From NCBI GenBank assembly GCA_038260095.1, contig JBBSOC010000005.1:812-64811 (forward strand): 64,000 nucleotides of DNA. Direction: 5' to 3'. The position numbers and the translations under genes are program-made. Positions 21,709 through 30,679 of the stretch are shown here, one piece after another. The notes below the pieces were generated by a model that was given only the letters and a program-made list of their open reading frames with translations, made no database searches and was not told the DNA's origin. This stretch comes from Mycobacteriales bacterium. GTDB lineage: Bacteria > Actinomycetota > Actinomycetes > Mycobacteriales > QHCE01. Each line of letters begins with the position of its first letter. Position 1 is the stretch's first letter.

Positions 21709-21891
21709 GTGGCCGTCCCCAAGCGCCGAATGTCTCGCGCAAACACTCGCTCGAGGCGCGCGAACTGGATCAGCAAGATCAAACCGGTCAACTACAGTGA
21801 ATGCCCGCAGTGTCGGGCACCAAAACTTCCGCACGTTGTGTGTGAGGCCTGTGGAATGTATAAGGGCCGCCAGGTCCTCGAAGTTGCGTAG
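21709..21891 (+). CDS. rpmF: 50S ribosomal protein L32
   Basis: MAVPKRRMSRANTRSRRANW start plus CPQC...CEAC zinc-ribbon residues. Confidence 0.95.
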   Translation: MAVPKRRMSRANTRSRRANWISKIKPVNYSECPQCRAPKLPHVVCEACGMYKGRQVLEVA

Positions 21892-21896
21892 CGAAA

Positions 21897-22004
21897 CCGT
21901 CAGCTGGCTCCTGCCTACGTTCTCGTCGCCTTGCGTACCCATTCCACTTCGTTCCATTGCCGTACGCGGCGGCTCCTGCGGCCTTGGCAGGAACCAGCTG
22001 ACGG
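21897..22004 (+). repeat. intergenic hairpin repeat, copy A
   Basis: Outer arms CCGTCAGCTGGCTCCTGCC (21897-21915) and GGCAGGAACCAGCTGACGG (21986-22004) are complementary with 1 mismatch. It shares a 16-nt block GTTCTCGTCGCCTTGC and the 21-nt core CGGCGGCTCCTGCGGCCTTGG with the copies at 25031-25108 and 33320-33421. Confidence 0.8.
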
Positions 22005-22053
22005 CTCCGTTTAGTTTAGGCATGTGTGGAGCGTGCGTTAGTGGCATAACAGC

Positions 22054-22776
22054 ATGAGCGTGGCTAGCTCTGTGGACGCACATGTCCGTGCTGCTGCTCG
22101 GGAACTGAGCGCTGTGCTGGGCGTGACGTTGGATGAACCCTTTCTTCGGCTCACCCTCACTCACCGCTCCTACGCCTATGAGCATGGCGGCCTGCCCACC
22201 AACGAGCGGTTGGAATTCCTGGGCGACTCTGTCCTGGGGTTAGTCGTTACCTCAACGCTGTATCGCAACTACCCTGAACTCCCTGAGGGACAGCTTGCGA
22301 AGCTGCGCTCTTCGGTAGTGAATATGCGGGCATTGGCCGATGTTGCGCGCCGGCTGGGCGAGCACGGTTTAGGCGTGCACGTGCTACTCGGCAAAGGCGA
22401 GGAGGCTACCGGCGGCCGGGAAAAGGCCAGTATTCTTGCCGACACCTGCGAGGCGCTGCTTGGTGCGATCTACATCCAGTTGGGGCTAGAGGCCGCCTCA
22501 CGAGTCGTGCATCAGTTGTTCGATCCCGTGATTGAACAGGCTGCACAGCTCGGCGTGGGACTGGATTGGAAAACGTCGCTGCAGGAGCTCGCCGCCGCGC
22601 AGGGGCTAGGCGTTCCGGTGTATGAGATCAGTGAATCCGGACCTGACCATGCCAAGCGCTTTGAGGCGATCCTGTTAGTGGCCGGTCGCAGGGTAGGCAG
22701 TGGCCGTGGAAACAGCAAGAAAGCGGCCGAACAGCACGCTGCGCAACAGGCATGGCAGCTACTGAGCGCTGAGTAG
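22054..22776 (+). CDS. rnc: ribonuclease III
   Basis: Signature [12 protein letters not shown] and a C-terminal dsRBD ([16 protein letters not shown]...[16 protein letters not shown]). Confidence 0.95.
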   Translation: MSVASSVDAHVRAAARELSAVLGVTLDEPFLRLTLTHRSYAYEHGGLPTNERLEFLGDSVLGLVVTSTLYRNYPELPEGQLAKLRSSVVNMRALADVARRLGEHGLGVHVLLGKGEEATGGREKASILADTCEALLGAIYIQLGLEAASRVVHQLFDPVIEQAAQLGVGLDWKTSLQELAAAQGLGVPVYEISESGPDHAKRFEAILLVAGRRVGSGRGNSKKAAEQHAAQQAWQLLSAE

Positions 22777-22785
22777 AGCTGCGTT

Positions 22786-23655
22786 ATGCCGGAGTTACCT
22801 GAGGTCGAAGTTATTCGGCGCGGGCTGCATCGCTGGGTGCGGCAGCGACGCATCACCGGCGCGGTGGTATTGCATCCTCGTGCTATTCGGCGGCATGCCG
22901 CTGGGCCTGACGACTTCCTCGAACAGGTCACTGGGGCGACTATTCGAGACGTTCGCCGACGAGGCAAATTTCTCTGGCTTCCGCTCGACACCGGCGCCTG
23001 CCTGCTCGCACATCTGGGTATGAGCGGACAGCTGTTGGTTTCTGCGCTGCCCCAGCCGTCGCAACAGCGCGCGCATCTGCGCGTGAGTTTTGAACTTGGT
23101 GCTGCTAGCCAGGAAGCCAATCCAGAGGCCAGCCGTCTGCACTTTGTAGACCAACGAACCTTTGGCGGGCTATGGGTAGCTGCCACCGTTGGCGATGCAC
23201 CCCCAGCATGTCTGGAGCACATTGCGCCCGACCCGCTAGATCGGGCATTCAACGATGCGGTGTTCTCCGCCAAGCTGCGGGCTCGTCGTACTCACATCAA
23301 GCGGGCTTTGCTGGACCAAACGTTGATTTCTGGCGTCGGAAACATCTATGCCGATGAGGCGTTGTGGCGGGCCCGAGTACATTACGCACGGCCCACCCAG
23401 AAAATCACTAATTTCGAGATTTGTGCCCTACTCGTCGGCTTGCGGGAGGTTTTCACAGCGGCGTTGGCGGCGGGAGGTACTTCTTTTGATTCGCTGTACG
23501 TGAATGTCAATGGTCGCAGTGGCTACTTCAATCGTTCGTTGCACGCCTACGGGCAGCATGGCCGACCATGCCCGCGCTGCGGTACCGCGATTGTGCGAGA
23601 AGCGTTTCTGAACCGCTCATCCTTCTACTGCCCGAGCTGCCAGCCCCAAGCTTAG
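22786..23655 (+). CDS. mutM: formamidopyrimidine-DNA glycosylase
   Basis: N-terminal MPELPEVE, H2TH region and C-terminal zinc finger CPRCG...CPSCQ. Confidence 0.95.
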   Translation: MPELPEVEVIRRGLHRWVRQRRITGAVVLHPRAIRRHAAGPDDFLEQVTGATIRDVRRRGKFLWLPLDTGACLLAHLGMSGQLLVSALPQPSQQRAHLRVSFELGAASQEANPEASRLHFVDQRTFGGLWVAATVGDAPPACLEHIAPDPLDRAFNDAVFSAKLRARRTHIKRALLDQTLISGVGNIYADEALWRARVHYARPTQKITNFEICALLVGLREVFTAALAAGGTSFDSLYVNVNGRSGYFNRSLHAYGQHGRPCPRCGTAIVREAFLNRSSFYCPSCQPQA

Positions 23656-23720
23656 CGGAACCCCAAATAATGCCTGAATTTCTTGCGGCACCTTGGCGCC
23701 TCTTATCGCGAAGGTTGCGT

Positions 23721-24443
23721 TTAGTCGCGTCGCTGGCTGCGTGGGGCGCCGAATTCTTGCGTCCAGTACGGCGACTGGGGGCCTTGATGCACTACGGCAA
23801 GGCCCATGTCGTGCCACATGCAATTCAGAATGTTTTTGCGGTGGTCTTCACTGTGCATCCAGGAGTCCATGACCTTTTGCGGAGTGCTTTGCCCAGCCGC
23901 AATGTTCTCCCCGGTGCCGGACCAGCTGTATCCGGCTTTGGTGGCGCGCTCGGCAGGGGAGTCGCCGTCGGGGCTTTGGTGGTCGAAGTACCGGCGGTTA
24001 GCCATATCGCGGCTGTGGGCCGATGCGGCTTGAGTGAGGCGTGGCTCCAGCTGCACTGGAGCGCAACCGGCGCCGCTACGTTGCCTATTCACTAACTGCA
24101 AGACCTGTTGTGCTTGCGAATCGGTAACTGGTGCTGCCGGAGCGATCGGGGCGCTGGGGAGTTGCGTACTGGGAGTAGCCATGCTTGGGCTTGGCGCTGC
24201 TTGCCGCACCACCGTGGTCGGCTGTGATGAGGCAGCCTCGCTGACGGTGCTGGATGCGCTTGGAATAGTCTGGACCGCGTCGGTGGGGGCCGGCTGCACC
24301 GGCGCGTGTGAGTATGTCGTCAGCGCGGCGAGCGCTGCTACAAGCGCAGCAATCAGCTCGGCTGAAATTGCGCTTCCGGGGCTTGCCATGACAGTTACGG
24401 TATGTTCATTTCTACCGCTGAGTGCGGATTTGCCGGTAAACAA
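23721..24443 (-). CDS. secreted CAP/SCP (PR-1-like) domain protein
   Basis: C-terminal YFDHQSPDGDSPAERATKAGYSW..GENIAAG...VMDSWMHSEDHRKNILN matches the CAP domain. The N-terminus has a signal/anchor segment and a Pro/Ala/Ser linker. TTG start; alternative ATG at 24389. Confidence 0.8.
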   Translation of the reverse strand: MFTGKSALSGRNEHTVTVMASPGSAISAELIAALVAALAALTTYSHAPVQPAPTDAVQTIPSASSTVSEAASSQPTTVVRQAAPSPSMATPSTQLPSAPIAPAAPVTDSQAQQVLQLVNRQRSGAGCAPVQLEPRLTQAASAHSRDMANRRYFDHQSPDGDSPAERATKAGYSWSGTGENIAAGQSTPQKVMDSWMHSEDHRKNILNCMWHDMGLAVVHQGPQSPYWTQEFGAPRSQRRD

Positions 24444-24811
24444 GCCTATAGCTGTAGTTCTTATCTGTGTTAAAGGTCACAGCGGTATCAGCCGTTTGGC
24501 CGCGGAGGTAGACGCTTCGCGACTACCGTATATATAACGCCCCCGCTTGTTTAGGCCGCGGCACAGAAAACCCATTTCCGTCAGGCATTGACCTGCGCGA
24601 ACGTCGGCGGGAGTATAGTACATTAGGTAGTGCTGAATCAGCTCAAGCATAGCCAGACCGGATAGGCATAAAGGTAAAACCCGATCCAGCCTGGCTATCC
24701 TTGTTCTGCGTTAGCAGAACGTATGCATTTTTTCATATGGCACGGCGGTAACTGGAGATGCGTTTTAGCGTCCGTCCAGCTCAGGCGTGAGATGGTTTAC
24801 GAGGAGAGATT

Positions 24812-25021
24812 ATGGCAAAGGCGCTGTTTGGCCACATCGGCACTGTTACAGAACCAGCATTGCGCGATGAGTTGCAGCGACTCAAGGATAGTGTTCAGGC
24901 TTTAGGGTTTGAAGTTGCCCGGCTGCGAGCAGACAACGACAGGCTTGCCGCGGCGCTCTCTGCATACAACGACGATTTCAGTCGGCTAACAACCTCACTG
25001 GAAGAACCCGCGCTCACCTAA
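24812..25021 (+). CDS. small hypothetical coiled-coil protein
   Basis: 69-aa ORF with a GAGGAGAG Shine-Dalgarno 5 nt upstream of the ATG. Heptad-like LRDELQRLKDSVQALGFEVARLRADNDRLAAAL. No family recognised. Confidence 0.45.
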   Translation: MAKALFGHIGTVTEPALRDELQRLKDSVQALGFEVARLRADNDRLAAALSAYNDDFSRLTTSLEEPALT

Positions 25022-25030
25022 GCCCCTATG

Positions 25031-25108
25031 GGTCCCTGCCGGCGTTTGCTGTTCTGGAGCCGCCTTTCCGAATCTTTCGAACACGGCGGCTCCTGCGGCC
25101 TTGGTTGG
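25031..25108 (+). repeat. intergenic hairpin repeat, copy B (variant arms)
   Basis: Contains the 21-nt core at 25084-25104 and the GGTCCCTGCC left end. The core pairs with a copy-specific GGAGCCGCC (25056-25064 with 25085-25093). Confidence 0.7.
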
Positions 25109-25172
25109 TGCTATCGGCGCTTGTTCCACCTGTGCCAGCGGCGGCCGGCCTGTAGCACTAGAGTCTTAAAAC

Positions 25173-28100
25173 GTGTATTTGTCTAGCTTGACGCTCAAGG
25201 GCTTTAAGTCCTTCGCTTCGGCTACCACGTTCCGGTTTGAGCCAGGGATTACCTGCGTGGTCGGGCCTAATGGCTCCGGTAAATCCAACGTGGTGGACGC
25301 CATCGCGTGGGTGCTTGGCGAGCAGGGCGCAAAAACGTTACGCGGCGGCAAGATGGATGACGTTATCTTTGCCGGCACGGCTGGCCGGCCCCCTCTAGGC
25401 CGGGCTGAGGTCACGCTTACCATAGACAATTCCGACGCCGCATTGCCTATTGACTACACCGAAATTTCCATCACTCGACGCTTGTTTCGTAGCGGCGACA
25501 GTGAGTACGAAATCAACGGTAACTCCTGCCGCCTGCTCGATGTTCAAGAGCTGCTGTCAGATTCCGGCATTGGCCGCGAAATGCATGTCATCGTCGGGCA
25601 AGGGCAGCTAGACTCCGTGCTCCAGGCCAGACCTGAGGATCGGCGCGGTTTCATTGAGGAGGCCGCCGGAGTTCTCAAGCACCGCAAACGTAAAGAAAAA
25701 GCTTTGCGCAAGCTTGATGCAATGCAGGCCAACCTCAACCGGGTGAACGACCTCACCGCTGAGTTAAGACGGCAGCTCAAACCGCTAGGCCGCCAAGCAG
25801 AGGTTGCACGCCGCGCCGCTGGAATTCAAGCCGACTTGCGTGATTCACGTCTCCGACTGCTGGCCGATGATTTGCTTGCCCTGCGGACAGAGCTGGACAA
25901 AGAGGTCGCCGACGAAGCGTCAGTGCGAAGCCGCCGAGATGAATACGAACAGCAGCTCAATCAGGGTCGAACACAGGAGGCAGCTCTGGAGCAGCAGCTC
26001 GCCGCACAGGCGCCTACCCTCGCCCGAGCACAAGAGACCTGGTACTTACTTTCTGCGTTGGCCGAGCGTTTTCGCGGCACCACCCAACTGGCCGCTGAGC
26101 GGGTGCGATTTGCTACCAGCGAGCAGCTGGAAACTCGGTCGTCACGTGACCCAGATGCACTGAACCGCGAGGCTCACGCTGTGCGCGAGCAATACACCGA
26201 GCTGTGTGCCGCGCTCGATGCTGATCGTGAGCGCTTGAGCGAGGCAGTTCAGCGCCGGACCGATGCCGAGCAGTGTGCGGATCAGGCCGAAAAGACTTTG
26301 GTCGCACGCGTACGGGCAGCTGCGGACCGCCGGGAAGGGCTCGCCAAGCTGGCTGGGCGAGTTTCAGCCCTGCGCAGCCGTACCCAGGCGGCTAGTGATG
26401 AGATCGACCGGCTGCTATTGGCGTTGGCAGATGCTCGACAACGCGCCCAAGCCGCCGAGGCCGAGTTTGACCGGTTGCAAAACGACGTACATGGCCTCGA
26501 CGAAGGAGAGCTTGACCTTGATGCCCGCCATGTTGCGGCGTCCGCGGCGATGGAGAGTACACGTGCGCGAGTAGCTGAGCTCACTGAGCAGCTTCACACC
26601 GCGGACCGCGGAGTTTCCGAAAGCACCGCTCGGGCCGAGGCGCTGGAGCTTAGCCTGACTCGCAAGGATGCCGCAGGGGCGTTGCTGGCGGCCGGGGATC
26701 GGCTCGGCGGAGTGCTGGGCAGTGTGGCTGCTGTGCTTTCGGTGGAGCCCGGCACTGAAGCGGCGATTGCCGCGGCACTAGGTGAGCTGGCCAACGGGGT
26801 CGCGGTGTCTTCGGCCGCGCAGGCGCTGGCCGCACTGGAGCTACTGAAAGCTGATGATGCAGGTCGAACGCATGTGCTGATTGGCAGCTCTCCCGAGGCT
26901 CCCGCACTACAGCCGAGGCGTCAGGAGCTGCCGCTGGGAGCGCGCTGGGCGGTCGAGGTGGTGCAGGCGCCTTCTGCTGTGGGGCCGGCGGTGGCCCAGC
27001 TCTTGCACGATGTTGTGCTCACTTCCGATCTGGCCGCCGCGCGGCGCGTCGTTGCCGAGGTTACCGGTGTTCGGGCCGTCACCCTAGACGGCGACGTGCT
27101 CGGGTTAACCCACGCCGCCGGTGGGTCTGCCAGTGCGCCCAGCGTTATTGAGGTGCAAGCCACGCTGGAAGCGGCCATTTCTGCCCGACGCAGGGCTATC
27201 GATCGCGCTGCGGAGCTTCAGACGCAGCTGGACGCAGCCGAAAAAGACGTGAGCGTCGCTGCTGGCGTGGCGCAATCCACGCTATCGGCGCTGCACGAGT
27301 CTGACGCGGCTATGAACGCGGTAGCGCAGCGGCTGGCCGAGCTCGGTTCGGCGGCGCGTTCGGCAAGTTTGGAGGCGCAACGGCTTACCGCCGCGCACAG
27401 CAGTGCTGAACAGGCTCGTGCCGCGGAGCTGGTTTCGCTGGAGGAGCTGGAATATCAGCTAGCACAGAGCGAATCCATCGATACTGTCGATGTCGATGGC
27501 GCAGACGTTGCCGAGCCCTCCACCGCGGCTCGGGATGAAGCGCAGGCTGTAGCCAGGGTGGCTCGACAGAACGAGATGGAAGTGCGACTGGCGGTGCGCA
27601 CCAGCGAAGAGCGGGCGCGCGCGCTACTGGGTCGTGCGCAATCTTTGGAGCGCGCAGCGGCAACGGAGCTCGCGGCGCGTCAGCGAGCGCAAGCCGCCGC
27701 GGTTGCCCGAGCTAGAGGCGCTGTCGTTGCCCGGGCCGTGGCCAGAGCAGGCGAGGCCGCGTTGGAGTACTTGAAGCAGTCGTTGCTGCTAGCGGCCGAC
27801 GCGCGCAATGAGCTGCAGCAGTCACGAGTAAGCGCGGAGTCACAGCTCATTGAAGTCCGGGGGGAAGCTCGCGAACTTAGCGCCGAAGTGGCTCGACTTA
27901 CCGACGCCGCGCATCGTGATGAGGTGGCACGCACGCAGCAGCGGGCGCGAATTGAACGGCTGGAAGGAAAGGCGGCGGATGATTTCGGCATAGACGTTGA
28001 GACCTTGTTGACCGATTACAGTCCCAAGGCTGTGGTTCCGCCCACCCCCGCTGAGATTGCTGAGGCCGAAAGCCGAAACGAGCCAGCGCCGCCGCCGTTG

Positions 28101-28772
28101 CCCTATCACCGGCCGTCGCAGGAGAAGCGTGCCGCGCGTGCCGAACGTGAGCTTGCGCTTTTGGGTAAGGTGAACCCGCTGGCGCTAGAAGAGTTCGCCG
28201 CGTTGGAGGAGCGGCATGCCTTCTTGGCCACACAGCTTGATGACCTCAAGGTCACTCGGCGCAATCTGCTGACCGTGATATCTGAGGTGGACGAGCGCAT
28301 CCACGATGTTTTCGCAACGGCATTTGAAGACACCGCTCGTGAGTTTGAGGTTGTGTTCGGGACTCTATTTCCGGGTGGCGAGGGCCGGCTGGTCTTGACT
28401 GAGCCCGATGACATGCTAACCACGGGAGTGGAGGTCCAGGCGCGTCCTGCTGGCACGAAGGTCAAGCGCCTCTCGCTGCTTTCGGGTGGGGAACGTTCAC
28501 TCACCGCGGTAGCGCTACTGGTGGCTATTTTCCGCGCCCGCCCTTCGCCGTTTTATTTGCTGGACGAGGTCGAGGCGGCGCTCGATGACACTAACTTGGG
28601 CCGCTTGTTGACGCTGATTTCGCAGCTGCGTGAGACCAGTCAGTTGATCATGATCACGCATCAAAAGCGCAGCATGGAAATTGCCGACGCGTTGTATGGC
28701 GTGAGTATGCGTGGTGACGGCATCACTCAGGTGGTGGGTCAACGCCTGCGTGAGGTGGAACGGGCGGGGTAG
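25173..28772 (+). CDS. smc: chromosome segregation protein SMC
   Basis: Walker A GPNGSGKSN, long coiled coils with a hinge, signature LSGGE and Walker B LLDEVEAALD. 1199 aa. Confidence 0.97.
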   Translation: MYLSSLTLKGFKSFASATTFRFEPGITCVVGPNGSGKSNVVDAIAWVLGEQGAKTLRGGKMDDVIFAGTAGRPPLGRAEVTLTIDNSDAALPIDYTEISITRRLFRSGDSEYEINGNSCRLLDVQELLSDSGIGREMHVIVGQGQLDSVLQARPEDRRGFIEEAAGVLKHRKRKEKALRKLDAMQANLNRVNDLTAELRRQLKPLGRQAEVARRAAGIQADLRDSRLRLLADDLLALRTELDKEVADEASVRSRRDEYEQQLNQGRTQEAALEQQLAAQAPTLARAQETWYLLSALAERFRGTTQLAAERVRFATSEQLETRSSRDPDALNREAHAVREQYTELCAALDADRERLSEAVQRRTDAEQCADQAEKTLVARVRAAADRREGLAKLAGRVSALRSRTQAASDEIDRLLLALADARQRAQAAEAEFDRLQNDVHGLDEGELDLDARHVAASAAMESTRARVAELTEQLHTADRGVSESTARAEALELSLTRKDAAGALLAAGDRLGGVLGSVAAVLSVEPGTEAAIAAALGELANGVAVSSAAQALAALELLKADDAGRTHVLIGSSPEAPALQPRRQELPLGARWAVEVVQAPSAVGPAVAQLLHDVVLTSDLAAARRVVAEVTGVRAVTLDGDVLGLTHAAGGSASAPSVIEVQATLEAAISARRRAIDRAAELQTQLDAAEKDVSVAAGVAQSTLSALHESDAAMNAVAQRLAELGSAARSASLEAQRLTAAHSSAEQARAAELVSLEELEYQLAQSESIDTVDVDGADVAEPSTAARDEAQAVARVARQNEMEVRLAVRTSEERARALLGRAQSLERAAATELAARQRAQAAAVARARGAVVARAVARAGEAALEYLKQSLLLAADARNELQQSRVSAESQLIEVRGEARELSAEVARLTDAAHRDEVARTQQRARIERLEGKAADDFGIDVETLLTDYSPKAVVPPTPAEIAEAESRNEPAPPPLPYHRPSQEKRAARAERELALLGKVNPLALEEFAALEERHAFLATQLDDLKVTRRNLLTVISEVDERIHDVFATAFEDTAREFEVVFGTLFPGGEGRLVLTEPDDMLTTGVEVQARPAGTKVKRLSLLSGGERSLTAVALLVAIFRARPSPFYLLDEVEAALDDTNLGRLLTLISQLRETSQLIMITHQKRSMEIADALYGVSMRGDGITQVVGQRLREVERAG

Positions 28773-28827
28773 CGGGCCAGATGGCATCTGTGGCCGGTGT
28801 TATCAACAGCGTCCTTACCCCGGAGGG

Positions 28828-28979
28828 TCAGTTGAAGAGTTCGCTGTGTGAGCCCAAGCGGACTAGCTGGAGTACATGGCCGAGCTTACGAAATCGGTGT
28901 GCAGCGCTGTCTGGTGGGCGCCTTTGCGTTCCCGCTTGTAGTCGCGCTTGAACTGAGTTGTGCGCTCAATCGTCCGCAT
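28828..28979 (-). pseudogene. YafQ/RelE-family toxin remnant
   Basis: An ATG overlapping the dinJ-like 3' end encodes MRTIERTTQFKRDYKRERKG.. (YafQ N-terminal motif) and then stops after 38 codons. A shifted frame ends with QLVRLGSHSELFN-stop, the typical toxin C-terminus. The total of about 150 nt is too short for the usual ~90-aa toxin. Confidence 0.6.
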
Positions 28980-29229
28980 TCAATTCCGTCATCAGGTCAT
29001 CCACACTTTTAAAGGACCGCAGGCCGCCCTGGCGAGCTTCCCTCATTGCGGCGATGGTTTCATCGTTGGGCACGAGTAGCTCAAAGGGCAGAGCCCCATC
29101 GTGAGCTACTCGTGTCAGCAAGAGGCGGAAAGCGTCCGAAACGGTAAGCCCGATCGCGTCGAGTACGGCCTCAGCTTCGACTTTGGTGCTCTCATCGATT
29201 CGAGCTCGCACCACGGTGTTCGTAGCCAT
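28966..29229 (-). CDS. RelB/DinJ-family antitoxin
   Basis: 87 aa. VRARIDESTKVEAEAVLDAIGLTVSDAFRLLLTRVAHDGALPFEL is the DinJ RHH signature. Confidence 0.85.
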   Translation of the reverse strand: MATNTVVRARIDESTKVEAEAVLDAIGLTVSDAFRLLLTRVAHDGALPFELLVPNDETIAAMREARQGGLRSFKSVDDLMTELNADD

Positions 29230-29515
29230 GACGCACCTCCTTTACCTTGAGCCACATTGTAGCCCAAAGCAAGGCGGGGTTCTAGTGTCACGCCGCGAGG
29301 CGCCGCCTGAGCGCCAGCACACATACGCATCACATTTCCCGTTGTTGTGGCTGTCGTGGCGCGATCTACGGTAGCAGCCAGACGCTCAGATCATTGTGCA
29401 CACGATCTAAAACAAGGGATGCATGAGGCTTGGCAGTGCGCCTCCTGAGGCCTGTTGACGTAGTGTGCGACCGGCGGCCAGCTTGCCTATCGCAGGCGTC
29501 TGGCAGGATTCCTGC

Positions 29516-30664
29516 ATGGAGTTGCTCGTACCGGTGCTGATCGTGTTCGCCCTCAGCATGCTCATTCTGCTCGGCGTAGCGCTCTACATCCCACAACGGC
29601 GCGCGCGTCGGCGCGCTACGTCGGCTGCTCTTCCGTCAACAACCCCACCAGCCACGGCACCGGCACTCCAGACAGTCGAGCCGTTGTTGGAGACTCCTGA
29701 ACCATCAGCTGGTCGGTTGGTGCGGTTACGCGCTCGGCTGTCGCGTTCCCAGAATGCCTTCGGCAGGGGATTGCTACAGCTACTGGCCAGTGACCAACTC
29801 AGCGAGGCGGTGTGGGAAGAAGTTGAAAGCACGCTGCTCACCGCCGACGTGGGGGTTGCGGCTACCGACCGCATCGTGGCACGGTTGCGGGCGCGAACGG
29901 CGGTGCTTGGCACCCGCGCCCCACAGGAGCTGCAGCAGCTGGTGCTCGCCGAGCTCACCGCTGCGCTCGAGTACGCCGACAGCGCCGCTGCCGCCCAGGG
30001 GCAGGCAGCGGCTTTTGATCGACGGCTTCGCTCGAGTCGGCATGAGGATCGACCGGCGGTGATCCTCGTCGTGGGCGTGAATGGGGTGGGTAAGACCACG
30101 ACTTGTGGCAAGATTGCTCGAGTCCTTGTGGCCGATGGGTGCAGCGTTGTTCTCGGTGCGGCCGATACATTTCGTGCGGCTGCAGCCGATCAACTGCAGA
30201 CCTGGGGTCAGCGGGTAGGCGCCGGTGTGGTGCGGGGCGCGGAGGGCGCAGACCCGGCCGCAGTAGCATTTGATGCGGTAGCGCACGGTGCGCACGAAGG
30301 CTTTGATGTGGTCATTATTGACACCGCTGGGAGACTACAGACCAAAGTTGGGTTGATGGATCAGCTCAGCAAGATTAAGCGCGTGGCGCAGCGGCACGGC
30401 GAGGTCGATGAAACCTTGCTGGTGCTGGACGCAACAACAGGCCAGAATGGTGTGGCGCAGGCAAAGGTTTTTACTGAGGCGGTGCAGGTGACCGGGGTTG
30501 TGCTTACTAAGCTCGATGGCACTGCCAAAGGGGGCATCGTTCTCGCCGTGCAACAGGAGCTGGGTATTCCGGTGAAGTTGGTGGGCCTCGGTGAAGGGGC
30601 AGATGATCTCGCCCCGTTTGACGCTGGCCAGTTCGCCAGCGCACTCGTCGGCGTAACTGAGTAG
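29516..30664 (+). CDS. ftsY: signal recognition particle receptor FtsY
   Basis: N-terminal membrane anchor and NG domain with GVNGVGKTTT, DTAGR and TKLDGTAKGG. The ORF is open from GTG 29465; ATG 29516 begins the hydrophobic anchor. Confidence 0.95.
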   Translation: MELLVPVLIVFALSMLILLGVALYIPQRRARRRATSAALPSTTPPATAPALQTVEPLLETPEPSAGRLVRLRARLSRSQNAFGRGLLQLLASDQLSEAVWEEVESTLLTADVGVAATDRIVARLRARTAVLGTRAPQELQQLVLAELTAALEYADSAAAAQGQAAAFDRRLRSSRHEDRPAVILVVGVNGVGKTTTCGKIARVLVADGCSVVLGAADTFRAAAADQLQTWGQRVGAGVVRGAEGADPAAVAFDAVAHGAHEGFDVVIIDTAGRLQTKVGLMDQLSKIKRVAQRHGEVDETLLVLDATTGQNGVAQAKVFTEAVQVTGVVLTKLDGTAKGGIVLAVQQELGIPVKLVGLGEGADDLAPFDAGQFASALVGVTE

Positions 30665-30679
30665 CTCCGGAGCTTGCCA

